Assembly: GCA_963761335.1 (NCBI GenBank)
Contig: CAVXGR010000018.1
Span: 640,001 to 704,000 of the forward strand
Reading direction: 5' to 3'
From: an uncultured delta proteobacterium
GTDB lineage: Bacteria > Desulfobacterota > Binatia > HRBIN30 > BPIQ01
DNA: 64,000 bases
In this document: piece by piece, positions 18,463 through 28,295 of the stretch
How the letters are laid out: every line of letters starts with the position of its first letter
How positions within the stretch are numbered: the stretch's first letter is position 1
Made by a program: the position numbers and the translations under genes
The notes under the pieces: generated by a model
Told to the model about the DNA's origin: nothing
The model's database searches: none
The model's input: the letters and a program-made list of their open reading frames with translations, nothing else

Positions 18463-19245
18463 TCATGCGGGCGCGAGGCTCCCCGCGGGTTCCCGGGCGC
18501 TGCGGACCATTTCGACGAGCACCGCGCGCGCTTCTTTCGCCGTGGTTGCCGGGCGCGGAAAGCTGATGCGCAGCGACTGCGCGCCGTCGCCGGAGCGGGC
18601 GCACACCTGGAACCCCAGTCGGTCGATGGCCGTCATCGCGGCCTCCTCGGCGGCGATCTTCGCGAAGACGCGGCAGTAGAGAAGCAGGGCATCGCCGTGA
18701 TCGGCGTTCATGTGTGCGATGATTTGCGCGGCGCTGTCGCAGAGTGGGTCGGGGGCCGCGGCGCCGTAGGCCGGAGCATCGACCCAGCCCATCGCTCCGA
18801 ATCCGGCGACGTAATAGAGGTCGCGTACCTCCATGCGGTAGAGCGCAAAATCCCCGAACCCGGCCCACTGCCGGGCGCTCGGCTGGCGCTCCAGATAATC
18901 GGCGCGGAGCGCCTCGGCCGCCGCCCCATCGACGCGGGTCACCTCGCCGAGAAGCGTCACCCGCGCCTGCGCCAGGGCGTCGTCGCCGTCCCCGGCGGCG
19001 GTCACCAGGAGACTGGCGCGCCGGTCGGCGCCCAGGTTCTGGGTGTGCATCGCCAGCCGGCTGAGGAGAAACGTCGGCTGCCCCGCCGGATCCACGCCGT
19101 ATAGCGCCACCGAGCCGAAAGGAAATCCGCAGAGCCGCCGCGACTGGCTCGAGAGAGTGCCGGTGCGGCCCAGGTGCACGAGTGTCCGAGCCCGCTCTGC
19201 AAAGGATGGCTCGGGGACCCCTGCCGTGTTCTCTTTCTGCGCCAT
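18463..19245 (-). CDS. HugZ-like pyridoxamine 5'-phosphate oxidase family protein with DUF2470
   Basis: GFPFGS, SRLAMHTQNL, YVAGFG, HMNADH. Confidence 0.88.
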   Translation of the reverse strand: MAQKENTAGVPEPSFAERARTLVHLGRTGTLSSQSRRLCGFPFGSVALYGVDPAGQPTFLLSRLAMHTQNLGADRRASLLVTAAGDGDDALAQARVTLLGEVTRVDGAAAEALRADYLERQPSARQWAGFGDFALYRMEVRDLYYVAGFGAMGWVDAPAYGAAAPDPLCDSAAQIIAHMNADHGDALLLYCRVFAKIAAEEAAMTAIDRLGFQVCARSGDGAQSLRISFPRPATTAKEARAVLVEMVRSAREPAGSLAPA

Positions 19246-19394
19246 GATTCGAATCTAGCGGAGATAGTGCCCCCTGCGAAGGGGCCGCTTCGACGGGAGC
19301 CGCAGCGATGCTTGTCGAGCCCATGTCGGATTGGCTAGGGTGCGAAGACGCCGTCGGTGGGCGGTGAACGACCTCGTAGAGGAGCGAGAGCGAG

Positions 19395-19637
19395 ATGGCA
19401 GACGAACTCCCGAAGCCGGAACCCAAAGAGATCGACGAGAAGCTTTCCCTGGAGCTGCGCCACCAGGCGGAAGATGCGATTCTCCGCGCCAGGCCGAACG
19501 ACAGCGAACGCTGCGACAACTGCCTCTACTATCTCAATCCCGACGAGGAGCTGAGCTATTGCTGGCACCCGAAGCTCCGTATCCTGGTCGGCGGCAACTG
19601 GTGGTGCCAATGGTGGGAGGAGATCCCGCAGGAGTGA
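19395..19637 (+). CDS. HiPIP-like small four-Cys protein without signal peptide
   Basis: CDNCLYY...C...V...WWCQWW pattern; RBS GAGGAG. Confidence 0.7.
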   Translation: MADELPKPEPKEIDEKLSLELRHQAEDAILRARPNDSERCDNCLYYLNPDEELSYCWHPKLRILVGGNWWCQWWEEIPQE

Positions 19638-19649
19638 AGGGGCCGTCGA

Positions 19650-20834
19650 TCAGCGCCGCCGGCGGCCCGCCGGCGGCCGGCTCGGTGACGGCGGCGGCCC
19701 CGGCGAATAGCCGAGCAGCTGGCATTCGATCGGTCCATTCCACAGACGCCGCCGGCTCGTCGGCCGGGTATGGAAGGCGCTCTCGAAGGCCGGGTTGCCG
19801 CTGAGCACGAAGATGCGCCATCCGTTGAGGCGCCGAAGGTTCTCTCCCAGGCGGAAGTAGAACGTCTTCATTCCCTGTTGCCCGAGTCCCTGTCGCTCGC
19901 CGTAGGGAGGGTTGGTCAGCAGGAGTCCGGCGCTCGCCGGAGGTTCGAATGGTGCCGTGGCATCGCCGCTGGTGACGCGAACCCAGTCCGCGACCCCGGC
20001 GGCGCGGATATTCTTGCGCGCCGCGGTCACCGCCCTCTCGCTCTTGTCGAAACCGGCGATGGGCGCCGCCGGCGGGCGCTGACCGCGTTGCGCCTCGGCG
20101 CGCAGCTCGGTCAGGATTGCCGCCGCTTCCTGGCCGAGGTGTGGCCAGCGCTCGACCGCCATTCGCCGCCCGCCGCCGGGGGCGCGGTTGGCGGCGATCA
20201 GCGCTCCCTCGATCAGAAAGGTCGCCGAGCCGCACAGGGGATCGAGGAGCGCTTCCTCGCCGCGATAGGAGGCGGCGCGCAGGATGGCGGCGGCCAGCGT
20301 CTCCTTCAGCGGCGCCAGGGTCGGATCGGTGCGATAGCCGCGGCGGTAGAGCGGCGCGCCGCAGAGGTCCAGCGAGAGCGTCAGACGCGTGCCGGCGAGA
20401 TGGGCGACGATGCGCACCAGCGGATCGCGCGTGTCGACATCGGGGCGGCTGCCGAGCCGCTGTCGCAGGCGATCGACCACGGCGTCCTTGATCTTGAGGG
20501 CGACGAAGCCCGAGTGCCGGTGCTCACTGCCGCGCAGGGTGGCCTCGACCGCGAGCGTGCTGGTGGCGGTGAGGTGCTCCTCCCAGGCCACCTGCCGCGC
20601 CGCCTCGTAGAGCCCTTCGGCGCCCTCCGCCTCGAGGCTCGCCAGCGGGTAGAGCACGCGCATGGCGATGCGTGACCAGAGGCAGATGCGCAACGCCTCC
20701 TCGAGGCTGGCGAGAAAGCGAACGCCGCCGCGGTCCTGCCGGATCCGCTTGGCGTCGAGCTCGCCAAGCTCCTCCGCCAGCAACGGCTCGGTGCCCCGCG
20801 CCGCCGTGGCAAACAGCGAGAGCCGCTCGGCCAT
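19650..20834 (-). CDS. rlmL: THUMP-domain rRNA m2G methyltransferase (RlmL-like)
   Basis: LFATAARGTE, LYRRGYR, APLKETLAAAIL, DPLCGSATFLIE, NPPYGER. Confidence 0.88.
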   Translation of the reverse strand: MAERLSLFATAARGTEPLLAEELGELDAKRIRQDRGGVRFLASLEEALRICLWSRIAMRVLYPLASLEAEGAEGLYEAARQVAWEEHLTATSTLAVEATLRGSEHRHSGFVALKIKDAVVDRLRQRLGSRPDVDTRDPLVRIVAHLAGTRLTLSLDLCGAPLYRRGYRTDPTLAPLKETLAAAILRAASYRGEEALLDPLCGSATFLIEGALIAANRAPGGGRRMAVERWPHLGQEAAAILTELRAEAQRGQRPPAAPIAGFDKSERAVTAARKNIRAAGVADWVRVTSGDATAPFEPPASAGLLLTNPPYGERQGLGQQGMKTFYFRLGENLRRLNGWRIFVLSGNPAFESAFHTRPTSRRRLWNGPIECQLLGYSPGPPPSPSRPPAGRRRR

Positions 20835-20949
20835 CCTGCTGCATGTAGCCGAGCCGCGCCGCGGATGCCAGCCGGCGCCCTCGGCCATAGTGTCCTCGTT
20901 TGCCGGTCCGACTCTGCAATTATCTCCCGCCCGCCTCGCGCAAGGGTCT

Positions 20950-21054
20950 CCTCTCCCCGCATTCTTTTCGCGGGGAGAGGATCAAGGTGAGGGGCTTCTT
21001 CAAAGTTCACGATCGCCCTGTCCCTCCCGCGAAACAATGCGGGAGAGGGAACCC
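20950..21054. repeat. intergenic REP-like hairpin pair (CCTCTCCCCGC...GCGGGGAGAGG..GGTGAGGGG)
   Basis: Two related stem-loops; another copy at about 40236-40272. Confidence 0.7.
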
Positions 21055-21065
21055 GAGCCGCGCTG

Positions 21066-21431
21066 CTACCTCGTCAACACTCCGGTGATCATGCAGTTGG
21101 CCTCGACACCGTTCGGGTTCTCACAGCTGAGCGTCTCGTCCGCGGGAATTGCGATCCCCGGCTCATAGGTGGTGCAGGGCTCGCGGCCGCTGATCACGGG
21201 GCCGAAGGTGTTGCCCGAGAGCACCATGCCGCCGCCGTTGAAGCAGACCTGGGTCAGCACGAAGACCGGCGCCGACGGTGTCACATATATCGCCGCCGAG
21301 CTCATTGCCGGCACGGCCGCACAGGCACTGGTGACTGTCCCACGAAATCCCATGCCCCGGAGGCGCTGCGCCATTGCCGGAATGGGAGCGGCCAGCAACG
21401 CCGCCACAATGAATGCGCTTGCCCTTTTCAC
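21066..21431 (-). CDS. small secreted hypothetical protein with Cys
   Basis: Signal peptide (APIPAMA), RBS AAGGAGGA, GTG start. Confidence 0.65.
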   Translation of the reverse strand: MKRASAFIVAALLAAPIPAMAQRLRGMGFRGTVTSACAAVPAMSSAAIYVTPSAPVFVLTQVCFNGGGMVLSGNTFGPVISGREPCTTYEPGIAIPADETLSCENPNGVEANCMITGVLTR

Positions 21432-21717
21432 GGCACTCCTCCTTGTCGAACAGCTCGCTTGGATGACGGCTTGGTCGACTGTTCCCTTGACCGCCGGTGA
21501 GCACCATCCGTGCCGCCCGACACCTGTAGGAGCCGGAAGAAAGAGGGAGCCCTTTCGAGAACGGTACGACGGCCGCTGAAGGACTTCTTACAACCGCCGG
21601 AGCAGCAAATTCCCAGAGCTGGCGGGCTCTCCGGCCGGGGGCAGAGGCCTGCGCCGGCATCTCGCTTGAATTGGCCTCGCCGGCACGGCTATGGAGGCGG
21701 GCGTCGCTGGAGGCGCC

Positions 21718-22665
21718 ATGCTCAAGAAAATTCTGCTCCTGATTCTGGCCGTGCTCGGGGCGGCGGTGCTCCTCGGCGCCGTCGGACTGACGTGGGCGCA
21801 TCTCTCCATCCGCCGCGAGCGGGCGCCGCTGCCGCCGGCGCAGTCGCTGGCTCGAGTGGTGAAGGACGGGCCGCTGCGGGTGTCCTTCGTCAACACCGCC
21901 AGCCAGGAGATGCCCCGCTCGGCAGTGCTCGATCCAAAGCGGGACTCGCATCCGGCTGCGGCGTACGTGATGAGTCATGCCGCCTTCGTTCTCGAATGGG
22001 CCGATGGCCGCATCCTGGTGATCGACAACGGGATGAACCGCGAGGAGGCCGAGGCCTTCGGGCGGCCTCTCGAGCTTCTGGCGGGGGCGCAGCCGATCCG
22101 ACCTCTCGGCGCGCTCGCCGACCGGCTCGGGGCGGCGGCGGCGCGCGTGCAGGGTGTCGTCTTCACTCATCTGCACACCGACCACGTCGGTGGCCTCGCG
22201 GATCTCTGTCGCGGCGTCGGCCATCCGCTGCGCGTCTTCATGACCGAGCCGCAGGCACAGCATCCCAACTACACGACGCGGCCGGGCCTGCGGCTGATCG
22301 ACGCCGCCGGCTGCGCCCGCAAGCAGGTGCTGCGCGGCGCGTCTCCGCACGACCTCGACGGGTTTCCCGGGGTTGCCGTCATCGCCGCCGGCGGCCATAC
22401 GCCGGGAAGTCAGCTGATCGCCGTCAACACCGCCGACGGGCGCCGCTATCTGTTCGCCGGCGACATCGTCAACAACATCGACGGCATCAACGACGACGTT
22501 CCCAAGCCGTTCCTCTACCGGTTGCTGATTGTTCCCGAGGATGAGCCCCGGCAGACGGAGCTGCGCCACTATCTCCGCGCCCTCCGCGACCAGGAGGGGT
22601 TCTCGCTTCTGGTCTCGCACGATCAGCGGCAGATCGAGTCGACGCTGGCGCCGTTTCCGGGGTGA
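21718..22665 (+). CDS. MBL-fold metallo-hydrolase with N-terminal membrane anchor
   Basis: THLHTDHVGG, GHTPGS, GDI, SHD. Confidence 0.9.
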   Translation: MLKKILLLILAVLGAAVLLGAVGLTWAHLSIRRERAPLPPAQSLARVVKDGPLRVSFVNTASQEMPRSAVLDPKRDSHPAAAYVMSHAAFVLEWADGRILVIDNGMNREEAEAFGRPLELLAGAQPIRPLGALADRLGAAAARVQGVVFTHLHTDHVGGLADLCRGVGHPLRVFMTEPQAQHPNYTTRPGLRLIDAAGCARKQVLRGASPHDLDGFPGVAVIAAGGHTPGSQLIAVNTADGRRYLFAGDIVNNIDGINDDVPKPFLYRLLIVPEDEPRQTELRHYLRALRDQEGFSLLVSHDQRQIESTLAPFPG

Positions 22666-22724
22666 TGGCGTCGACGACGCCACTCCGCTAGGGTCGGCTC
22701 GCTCAATCGCGAAAGGAGAGATAC

Positions 22725-23669
22725 ATGGCGCATCCGGTTCGCTTCGGCATCCAGACGGGCCAGCAGAGCGTCGAGTGGGCGCAGATGCTCGATCTCTGGC
22801 AGAAGGCCGATGACTGGGGGTACGACTCCCTCTGGAATTTCGATCACTTCTATCCGATCTTCGTCGACCCGGAGGGTCCCTGCTTCGAGGGGTGGACGAC
22901 GCTGAGCGCGCTGGCGCAGGCGACCTCGCGAGCCCGCATCGGCCACATGGTGAACGGCAACACGTATCGCAACCCGTGCATCGTGGCGAAGATGGCGGCT
23001 ACCCTGGACCACATCAGCGGCGGTCGCCTGAATCTCGGCATCGGCGCCGGCTGGTTCGAGCTCGAGCACCGCAGCTTCGGCATCGACTTCAAGACGGTCG
23101 GCGGTCGCCTGCAGGCTCTGGAAGAGGCCTGCCGCATCATTCTCGGCATGTTCACCGAGGAGAAGACGACCGTGCACGGCAAGCACTACACCGTGACCGA
23201 CGCCATGTGCCTGCCGAAGCCGGTGCAGCAGCCGCACCCGCCGATCCTGATCGGCGGTACGGGGGAGAAGGTGCTGCTCCGCCTGGTGGCGCAGTACGCC
23301 GACATGTGGAACGCCAGCGCCAGCGCCGAGCGCATGGGCGAGCTGATCGGGGTGATCCGGCGCCACGGCGAGCGCCTCGGCCGCGACACCGAAGCCATTG
23401 AGAAGACGGTGATGATGCCGCTCTGCTACAGCGCCACCCCGGAACGCGAGGCGTTCATCTGCAACCTGATGGCGTCGATGCGGCAGACGACGCCGGAGCT
23501 GGTGCGGCCGCAGATCATGATCGGCAGCAAGGACGAGTGCCTCGAGACCGTGGCCCGCTACCGGCGCGCCGGAGTCAGCCACTTCATCTTCATGACCTTC
23601 GCCCCCTACTTCGTGGACGAGATCCAGGCGTTTGCCGAGGAGGTGATCCCCACGGCGCGCCGCGCCTGA
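22725..23669 (+). CDS. LLM-class (probably F420-dependent) oxidoreductase
   Basis: DSLWNFDHFYP, YRNP..VAKMAATLDHISGGRL, PKPVQQPHPPILIGG. Confidence 0.92.
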   Translation: MAHPVRFGIQTGQQSVEWAQMLDLWQKADDWGYDSLWNFDHFYPIFVDPEGPCFEGWTTLSALAQATSRARIGHMVNGNTYRNPCIVAKMAATLDHISGGRLNLGIGAGWFELEHRSFGIDFKTVGGRLQALEEACRIILGMFTEEKTTVHGKHYTVTDAMCLPKPVQQPHPPILIGGTGEKVLLRLVAQYADMWNASASAERMGELIGVIRRHGERLGRDTEAIEKTVMMPLCYSATPEREAFICNLMASMRQTTPELVRPQIMIGSKDECLETVARYRRAGVSHFIFMTFAPYFVDEIQAFAEEVIPTARRA

Positions 23670-23752
23670 AGCGCCGGCGCTCAGTGTCGGGTCACCTTCG
23701 CCGGGACGCCGCGCTTCTCGCTCGCGCCGGCCGGCTGCGGCACAATGGCCGC

Positions 23753-24583
23753 ATGAAGACGAAGGCCTTCGGCTGGACGGACGAGCGCGTGCCGCTGATC
23801 GGTCAGGGGACCTGGCACATGGGAGAATCGGCTCGGCAGCGACAGCGCGAGGTGGCGGCGCTGCAGCTCGGGCTCGAGCACGGGATGACGCACATCGACA
23901 CCGCCGAGATGTACGGTCGCGGCGGCGCCGAGAAGGTGATCGCCGAGGCCATTCGCGACCGGCGTCGCGGAGAGCTCTTCCTGGTCTCCAAGGTGCTGCC
24001 CGAGAACGCCAGCCAGCGGGGCACGACCGCGGCGGCGGAGGCCAGCCTGCGCCGCCTCGGCACCGATTACCTCGATCTCTATCTGCTGCACTGGCGCGGT
24101 CGCCATGCGCTCGCCGATACCATGGGCGCCATGGAGGATCTGGTTTCCGCCGGAAAGGTGCGCTTCGTCGGGGTGAGCAACTTCGAGGTCGACGACCTGC
24201 GCGAAGCGATGGCGGCCCTGTCGCGGCAGCGGCTCGCCTGTAATCAGGTTCTCTACAACCTGCGCCAGCGCGAGATCGAGGCCGAGGTGCTGCCCTTCTG
24301 CGCCGACCAGGGCATCGCCGTGGTTGCCTACACGCCGTTCGACGGCGTACCCGGGCAGGGGACCAGGGCCTGGCGGGCTCTGCAGGAGATCGGCCGGCGC
24401 CACGGCAAGACCCCGCGTCAGGTGGTTCTGCGTTTCTTGACGCGCACCCCCGCGCTTTTCGCCATTCCCAAGGCGACCGACCCCGACCACGTGCGCGAGA
24501 ACTCCGGCGCCGGCGATTTCGATCTCGACGCGGCGGACGTGGAGACCATCGAGAGGCTCTTTCCGAAGCCGTCCTCGCCGTAG
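23753..24583 (+). CDS. aldo/keto reductase
   Basis: GQGTWHMG, IDTAEMYG, YLDLYLLHW, GVSNF, IPKA. Confidence 0.93.
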   Translation: MKTKAFGWTDERVPLIGQGTWHMGESARQRQREVAALQLGLEHGMTHIDTAEMYGRGGAEKVIAEAIRDRRRGELFLVSKVLPENASQRGTTAAAEASLRRLGTDYLDLYLLHWRGRHALADTMGAMEDLVSAGKVRFVGVSNFEVDDLREAMAALSRQRLACNQVLYNLRQREIEAEVLPFCADQGIAVVAYTPFDGVPGQGTRAWRALQEIGRRHGKTPRQVVLRFLTRTPALFAIPKATDPDHVRENSGAGDFDLDAADVETIERLFPKPSSP

Positions 24584-24633
24584 CCCCCATTTCTCACCGG
24601 CTTTCTGCTGCGACCGCCGATAAGCCCGCATCT

Positions 24634-24657
24634 CAACCCGCAAACCTGGCAACCCGC
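24634..24657. repeat. short octamer tandem repeat (CAACCCGC-like x3)
   Basis: caacccgc aaacctgg caacccgc, between convergent genes. Confidence 0.45.
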
Positions 24658-26286
24658 TCATCCGGCGACGCCGTACACGCGGACGCGTTCGTGCCGGCCG
24701 CGGAGGGCGAGCGAATCGCTCATCTCGATGCCCGGCGCCATACCGGCGCCGGCGGCGAGATTATAGGTGGTCTCCGAGATCAGTACGTCCTGTCCGTGCT
24801 CCTTGGCGAGCTGCTGCAGGCGGAAGGCGACGTTCACCGCGTCCCCGATCACCGTGTACTCGTGGCGGTCGCGGGCGCCGATGGTGCCGGCGACTACCTC
24901 GCCCGTGTGCACGCCGATCTTCATTGCCAGCGGCGGGCGGCCGGCGGCAGCGCGACGGGTGTTGAGCTCGCGCAGGCGATGGCGCATGCCGAGGGCGCAG
25001 CGGACGGCGCTGGCTGCCGCCTGCGGGGCATCGTGCGCGGCGGCGCCGGGAGAGAAGAGACCGAAGACCACCAGCATGGCGTCGCCGATGAACTTGTCGA
25101 CGACCCCGCCCGATTGCCGAACCCACGCGGTCATCGCCGTGAAGAACTCGTTGAGCGTGCTCACCACCTCTGCCGGCGGCGCCGTCTCGGCCAGCGCCGT
25201 GAAGCCGCGCAGGTCACAGAAGAGGATGGAGGCGGTGCGCAGCTCGCCGTGGAGCGGCAGGTTGCCGGCGAGGAGCTGGTCGCGTACCGCCGGCTCGACG
25301 ACGCGGCCGAAGGTGGCCAGGATGCGATCGCGCTCGCGCAGCGTCTCCACCATGGTGTTGACGCCGTCCTCGAGGACGCCGAGCTCGTCGCTGGAGGTGA
25401 CCGCCAGGCTGGTGTCGAGGTCGCCGCCGCCGATGCGGCGCAGCGCCGTCGCCATCGCCTGCAGTGGGCGGGTGAAGGTGAGCGCCTGCAACAGAGTGAG
25501 GGCAATGCCGAGCAGCACGTAGACGAGAAAGGTGATTTCGCTGGAGCGAGCCAGAGCGTCGCGAACGCCGGCCACGGGGAAGCCGGCATCGAGGCGTACC
25601 GTCGCCGAGCGCACCAGGCCGAGAAGGGTGAACATGGGCACGAAGGCGACGGCGGTGAGGAACACCAGCATGCGGCCGCGCACGCCGAGAGCCGCCGCCC
25701 CCGAGATCTCGGCGAGTCCGCCGCGGGGAAAAACGCGGGGCACCAGCATGCGGCGGAAGATCCAGTCGACGCACAGGTAGGTGGTGGTGGCGGCGAGAAA
25801 GCCGTTCACCAGAGGCGACAGGATGTGCTGCGACATCAGCTCCGGCGACCAGTGCCCGAAGTGGAGAAGGGTGGCGGCGGGGAAGAAGAGCAGACCGCTC
25901 AGCCAGGTTGCGAAGCCGATTGCCGCCACGGCCAGCGGGCCGCTGATGACGCGCCGCTGCACCGTCGCCGACGGCGCCTCGTGGGCGGCGCAGCGGGAAT
26001 AGGCGACCAGCGGCCACAGGTAGGCCGCCATGATCACCGGTGCGATGATGTAGGTGACCGCGGTGAAGTAGGGGAGCAGCTCCAGGTCGAAGGCGCGGAC
26101 CTGGCGTGCGAATGGATCCATGCCGCGCATCAGCTCGACGGTGGTGGCGGTAATGCCCGAGGCAAGGATGTTCGCCCCCAGGGCGACGAAGGCGGTGAGC
26201 GCAAACCAGGCGGGGAGCAGACCGGAAGGGCGCCAGTCGCCATCGCGCTCGGCGCCGTCCGGCGGCGCCGCCGTCCTTGTCGACAT
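24658..26286 (-). CDS. membrane adenylate cyclase (multi-TM + HAMP + class III catalytic domain)
   Basis: FCDLRGFT, DKFIGDA, GVHTGEV, YTVIGDAVNVAFRL. Confidence 0.92.
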   Translation of the reverse strand: MSTRTAAPPDGAERDGDWRPSGLLPAWFALTAFVALGANILASGITATTVELMRGMDPFARQVRAFDLELLPYFTAVTYIIAPVIMAAYLWPLVAYSRCAAHEAPSATVQRRVISGPLAVAAIGFATWLSGLLFFPAATLLHFGHWSPELMSQHILSPLVNGFLAATTTYLCVDWIFRRMLVPRVFPRGGLAEISGAAALGVRGRMLVFLTAVAFVPMFTLLGLVRSATVRLDAGFPVAGVRDALARSSEITFLVYVLLGIALTLLQALTFTRPLQAMATALRRIGGGDLDTSLAVTSSDELGVLEDGVNTMVETLRERDRILATFGRVVEPAVRDQLLAGNLPLHGELRTASILFCDLRGFTALAETAPPAEVVSTLNEFFTAMTAWVRQSGGVVDKFIGDAMLVVFGLFSPGAAAHDAPQAAASAVRCALGMRHRLRELNTRRAAAGRPPLAMKIGVHTGEVVAGTIGARDRHEYTVIGDAVNVAFRLQQLAKEHGQDVLISETTYNLAAGAGMAPGIEMSDSLALRGRHERVRVYGVAG

Positions 26287-26448
26287 CAGCGGATCGGATT
26301 ACATGGGTCGCCGCTGGTGCACAAGCGCTGGTCGCCGCGCTGGTCGCCGCCGTAGTGTGACATAGGCCGGTTCTCCATTCCCGGTTCTCATTCCGTCGTC
26401 TTCCACTCCCCGATTGGCCCTGCCCGGATTCGATGTTAGAAGGCGCGC

Positions 26449-27129
26449 ATGAGCAAGCCGCTGCCGTTTCGCCCGCATCCGTGGCACGGGATCGATCCGG
26501 GGACGCGTTTCCCCGAGATCGTCACCGCCTACATCGAGATGGTTCCGACCGACGGCGTCAAGTACGAGATCGACAAGCATTCGGGATATCTGAAGGTCGA
26601 CCGACCGCAGCGGTTCTCGAACTTCTGCCCGACGCTTTACGGCTTCGTGCCGCGCACCTATTGCGGCACCCGCGTCGCTGCGCACGTCATCAAGGGCGCT
26701 CCGAAGGTGACGCGTGGCGACGGCGACCCGATCGACGTCTGCGTGCTCACCGACCGCCCGATCTCGCGCGGCGAGATCCTGCTCGAGGCTCGGCCGATCG
26801 GCGGACTGCGCATGGTCGAGTCGGACGAGGCCGACGACAAGATCATCGCGGTGCTCATCGACGACCCGTCCTACGGAGAGATTACCGACGCGGCCCAGCT
26901 GCCGCGTCCGGTCATCGACCGCCTGCGCCACTACTTCCTCACCTACAAGAAGATCCCGGGCGAGGAGGGGCACCCGATCAGCGTCGATCCGGTGTACAAC
27001 TCCATGGAGGCCCGCGCCATCCTCAAGGCGGCGCGCAGCGACTACCGAGAAGAGTTCGGCGACGCGGAGCCGGTCGCCCCGCCGGAGCGACGCAAGGGCC
27101 TGCGCCAAGCCGGTCGCGCCCGCCGCTGA
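26449..27129 (+). CDS. ppa: inorganic pyrophosphatase (family I)
   Basis: HPWH, KYEIDK, YGFVPRT, DGDPIDV, DEADDKII. Confidence 0.95.
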   Translation: MSKPLPFRPHPWHGIDPGTRFPEIVTAYIEMVPTDGVKYEIDKHSGYLKVDRPQRFSNFCPTLYGFVPRTYCGTRVAAHVIKGAPKVTRGDGDPIDVCVLTDRPISRGEILLEARPIGGLRMVESDEADDKIIAVLIDDPSYGEITDAAQLPRPVIDRLRHYFLTYKKIPGEEGHPISVDPVYNSMEARAILKAARSDYREEFGDAEPVAPPERRKGLRQAGRARR

Positions 27130-27145
27130 TTGCCCGATTCTGCGA

Positions 27146-28243
27146 TCAGAAGCCGATCGACAGCCCGAAGGTCAGGTAGAGGCTGTTGGCGACGGCGTCG
27201 ACCGCCGGCTTGCTGTTGTACTCGTCCCGCAGCGTGGTCTTAAAGCTGACGGTGTAGACGATGGGCATGCTGATCGAGGTCTCGCCGCGGATCAGGTAGT
27301 TGTTGGTCCAGTCGTCCACGGCCGGCAGGTAGTCGAGGCGGAGGTCGAGCTTCGAGCCCAGGGGCAGGTAGTACTCCGAGAGCACCCCGAAGGCGGCGGT
27401 GAAGTAGTCGTTCTCGATGCCCCCGAAGAACTTCTGATAGGCCCAGCCGCCGCCGGCCTCGACCTGAAAGTAGTCGCGGCGCCTCTCGTCGAGGTGCTCC
27501 TCCCACACGATGTAGCCGAGACCCGCCTTGGGAACTGTGCGGATGCTGAGTCGTTCCACGGCATCGTACTCCCCGTCCCCCGAGGCGAAGACATAGGCGC
27601 GCGGCGTGAAATCTTGCTCTCCGCGCGCCCGGCCGCGCAGCTCGTCCTCGAGGGTGTTGCTCGGCTGATTGCGCTTCTTCTCGGTGGCGTATCGATAGCT
27701 GCCGTCGAAGATCAGGCGCGTGGAAGATTTGCTGCGCCGGGCCCTGAAGCCGACCATCAGCCCGGTGGTCTCCACGGTGCTGTGCGCCAGGTTGAAGCCG
27801 GCGTCGAAGCTCCCATCCCAGTAGCGCCAGCGACTGCGCATGCGGTCGGCGAACGACGGCCCGCTCGCCCCGACGGGCACGGCGCTGTAGATGCTGCCGA
27901 CCTCGATCTCGCGGCTCTCCCCGGCGTCGTCGCGGACGGTGAGCTTTCCCTGGGAGAAGCCGGTGACCCGGCCGTACACCTCCCGGCTCTCGCCGTAGAG
28001 GATCTGGAAAGGCTCCTCCGTGCGCGCCTCGTCGACGTCCTTCCATTTGATGTCGATCGAGCCCTCGCCGTACTCCGGCTCGAGAGTGATGGTTGCCGAC
28101 GAGAAGCCCGTCACCGTTCCCCGCAGCGCTGTTCCCTTCGAGGCGACCTCGTCGGCGCCCGCAGTGCCTGCGAGCCCCAGGCCGGCCACGAGCAACATAG
28201 CCGCCGTCCTCCCCAGACACCTTCCACGCTTGCCTCTGTCCAT
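27146..28243 (-). CDS. DUF481-family outer-membrane beta-barrel protein
   Basis: Signal peptide, beta-strand pattern, C-terminal YLTFGLSIGF. Confidence 0.82.
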   Translation of the reverse strand: MDRGKRGRCLGRTAAMLLVAGLGLAGTAGADEVASKGTALRGTVTGFSSATITLEPEYGEGSIDIKWKDVDEARTEEPFQILYGESREVYGRVTGFSQGKLTVRDDAGESREIEVGSIYSAVPVGASGPSFADRMRSRWRYWDGSFDAGFNLAHSTVETTGLMVGFRARRSKSSTRLIFDGSYRYATEKKRNQPSNTLEDELRGRARGEQDFTPRAYVFASGDGEYDAVERLSIRTVPKAGLGYIVWEEHLDERRRDYFQVEAGGGWAYQKFFGGIENDYFTAAFGVLSEYYLPLGSKLDLRLDYLPAVDDWTNNYLIRGETSISMPIVYTVSFKTTLRDEYNSKPAVDAVANSLYLTFGLSIGF

Positions 28244-28295
28244 ACTTCTCCTCCCGCTTGCCTGGCTTTTGCGGACTGTGCTTTACCCGCACAGC

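Noticed and set aside
19257..19272. GGCAC..GG-N10-GC on the minus strand before the HugZ-like gene
   Set aside because: Poor -12 context (CCGC), it would leave no leader, and such matches are frequent by chance at this GC content.
26368..26410. Pyrimidine-rich stretch resembling 41517-41556 (CCCGGTTCTC..TCCGTCGT)
   Set aside because: The similarity is short and degenerate, and I cannot distinguish it from chance by eye.
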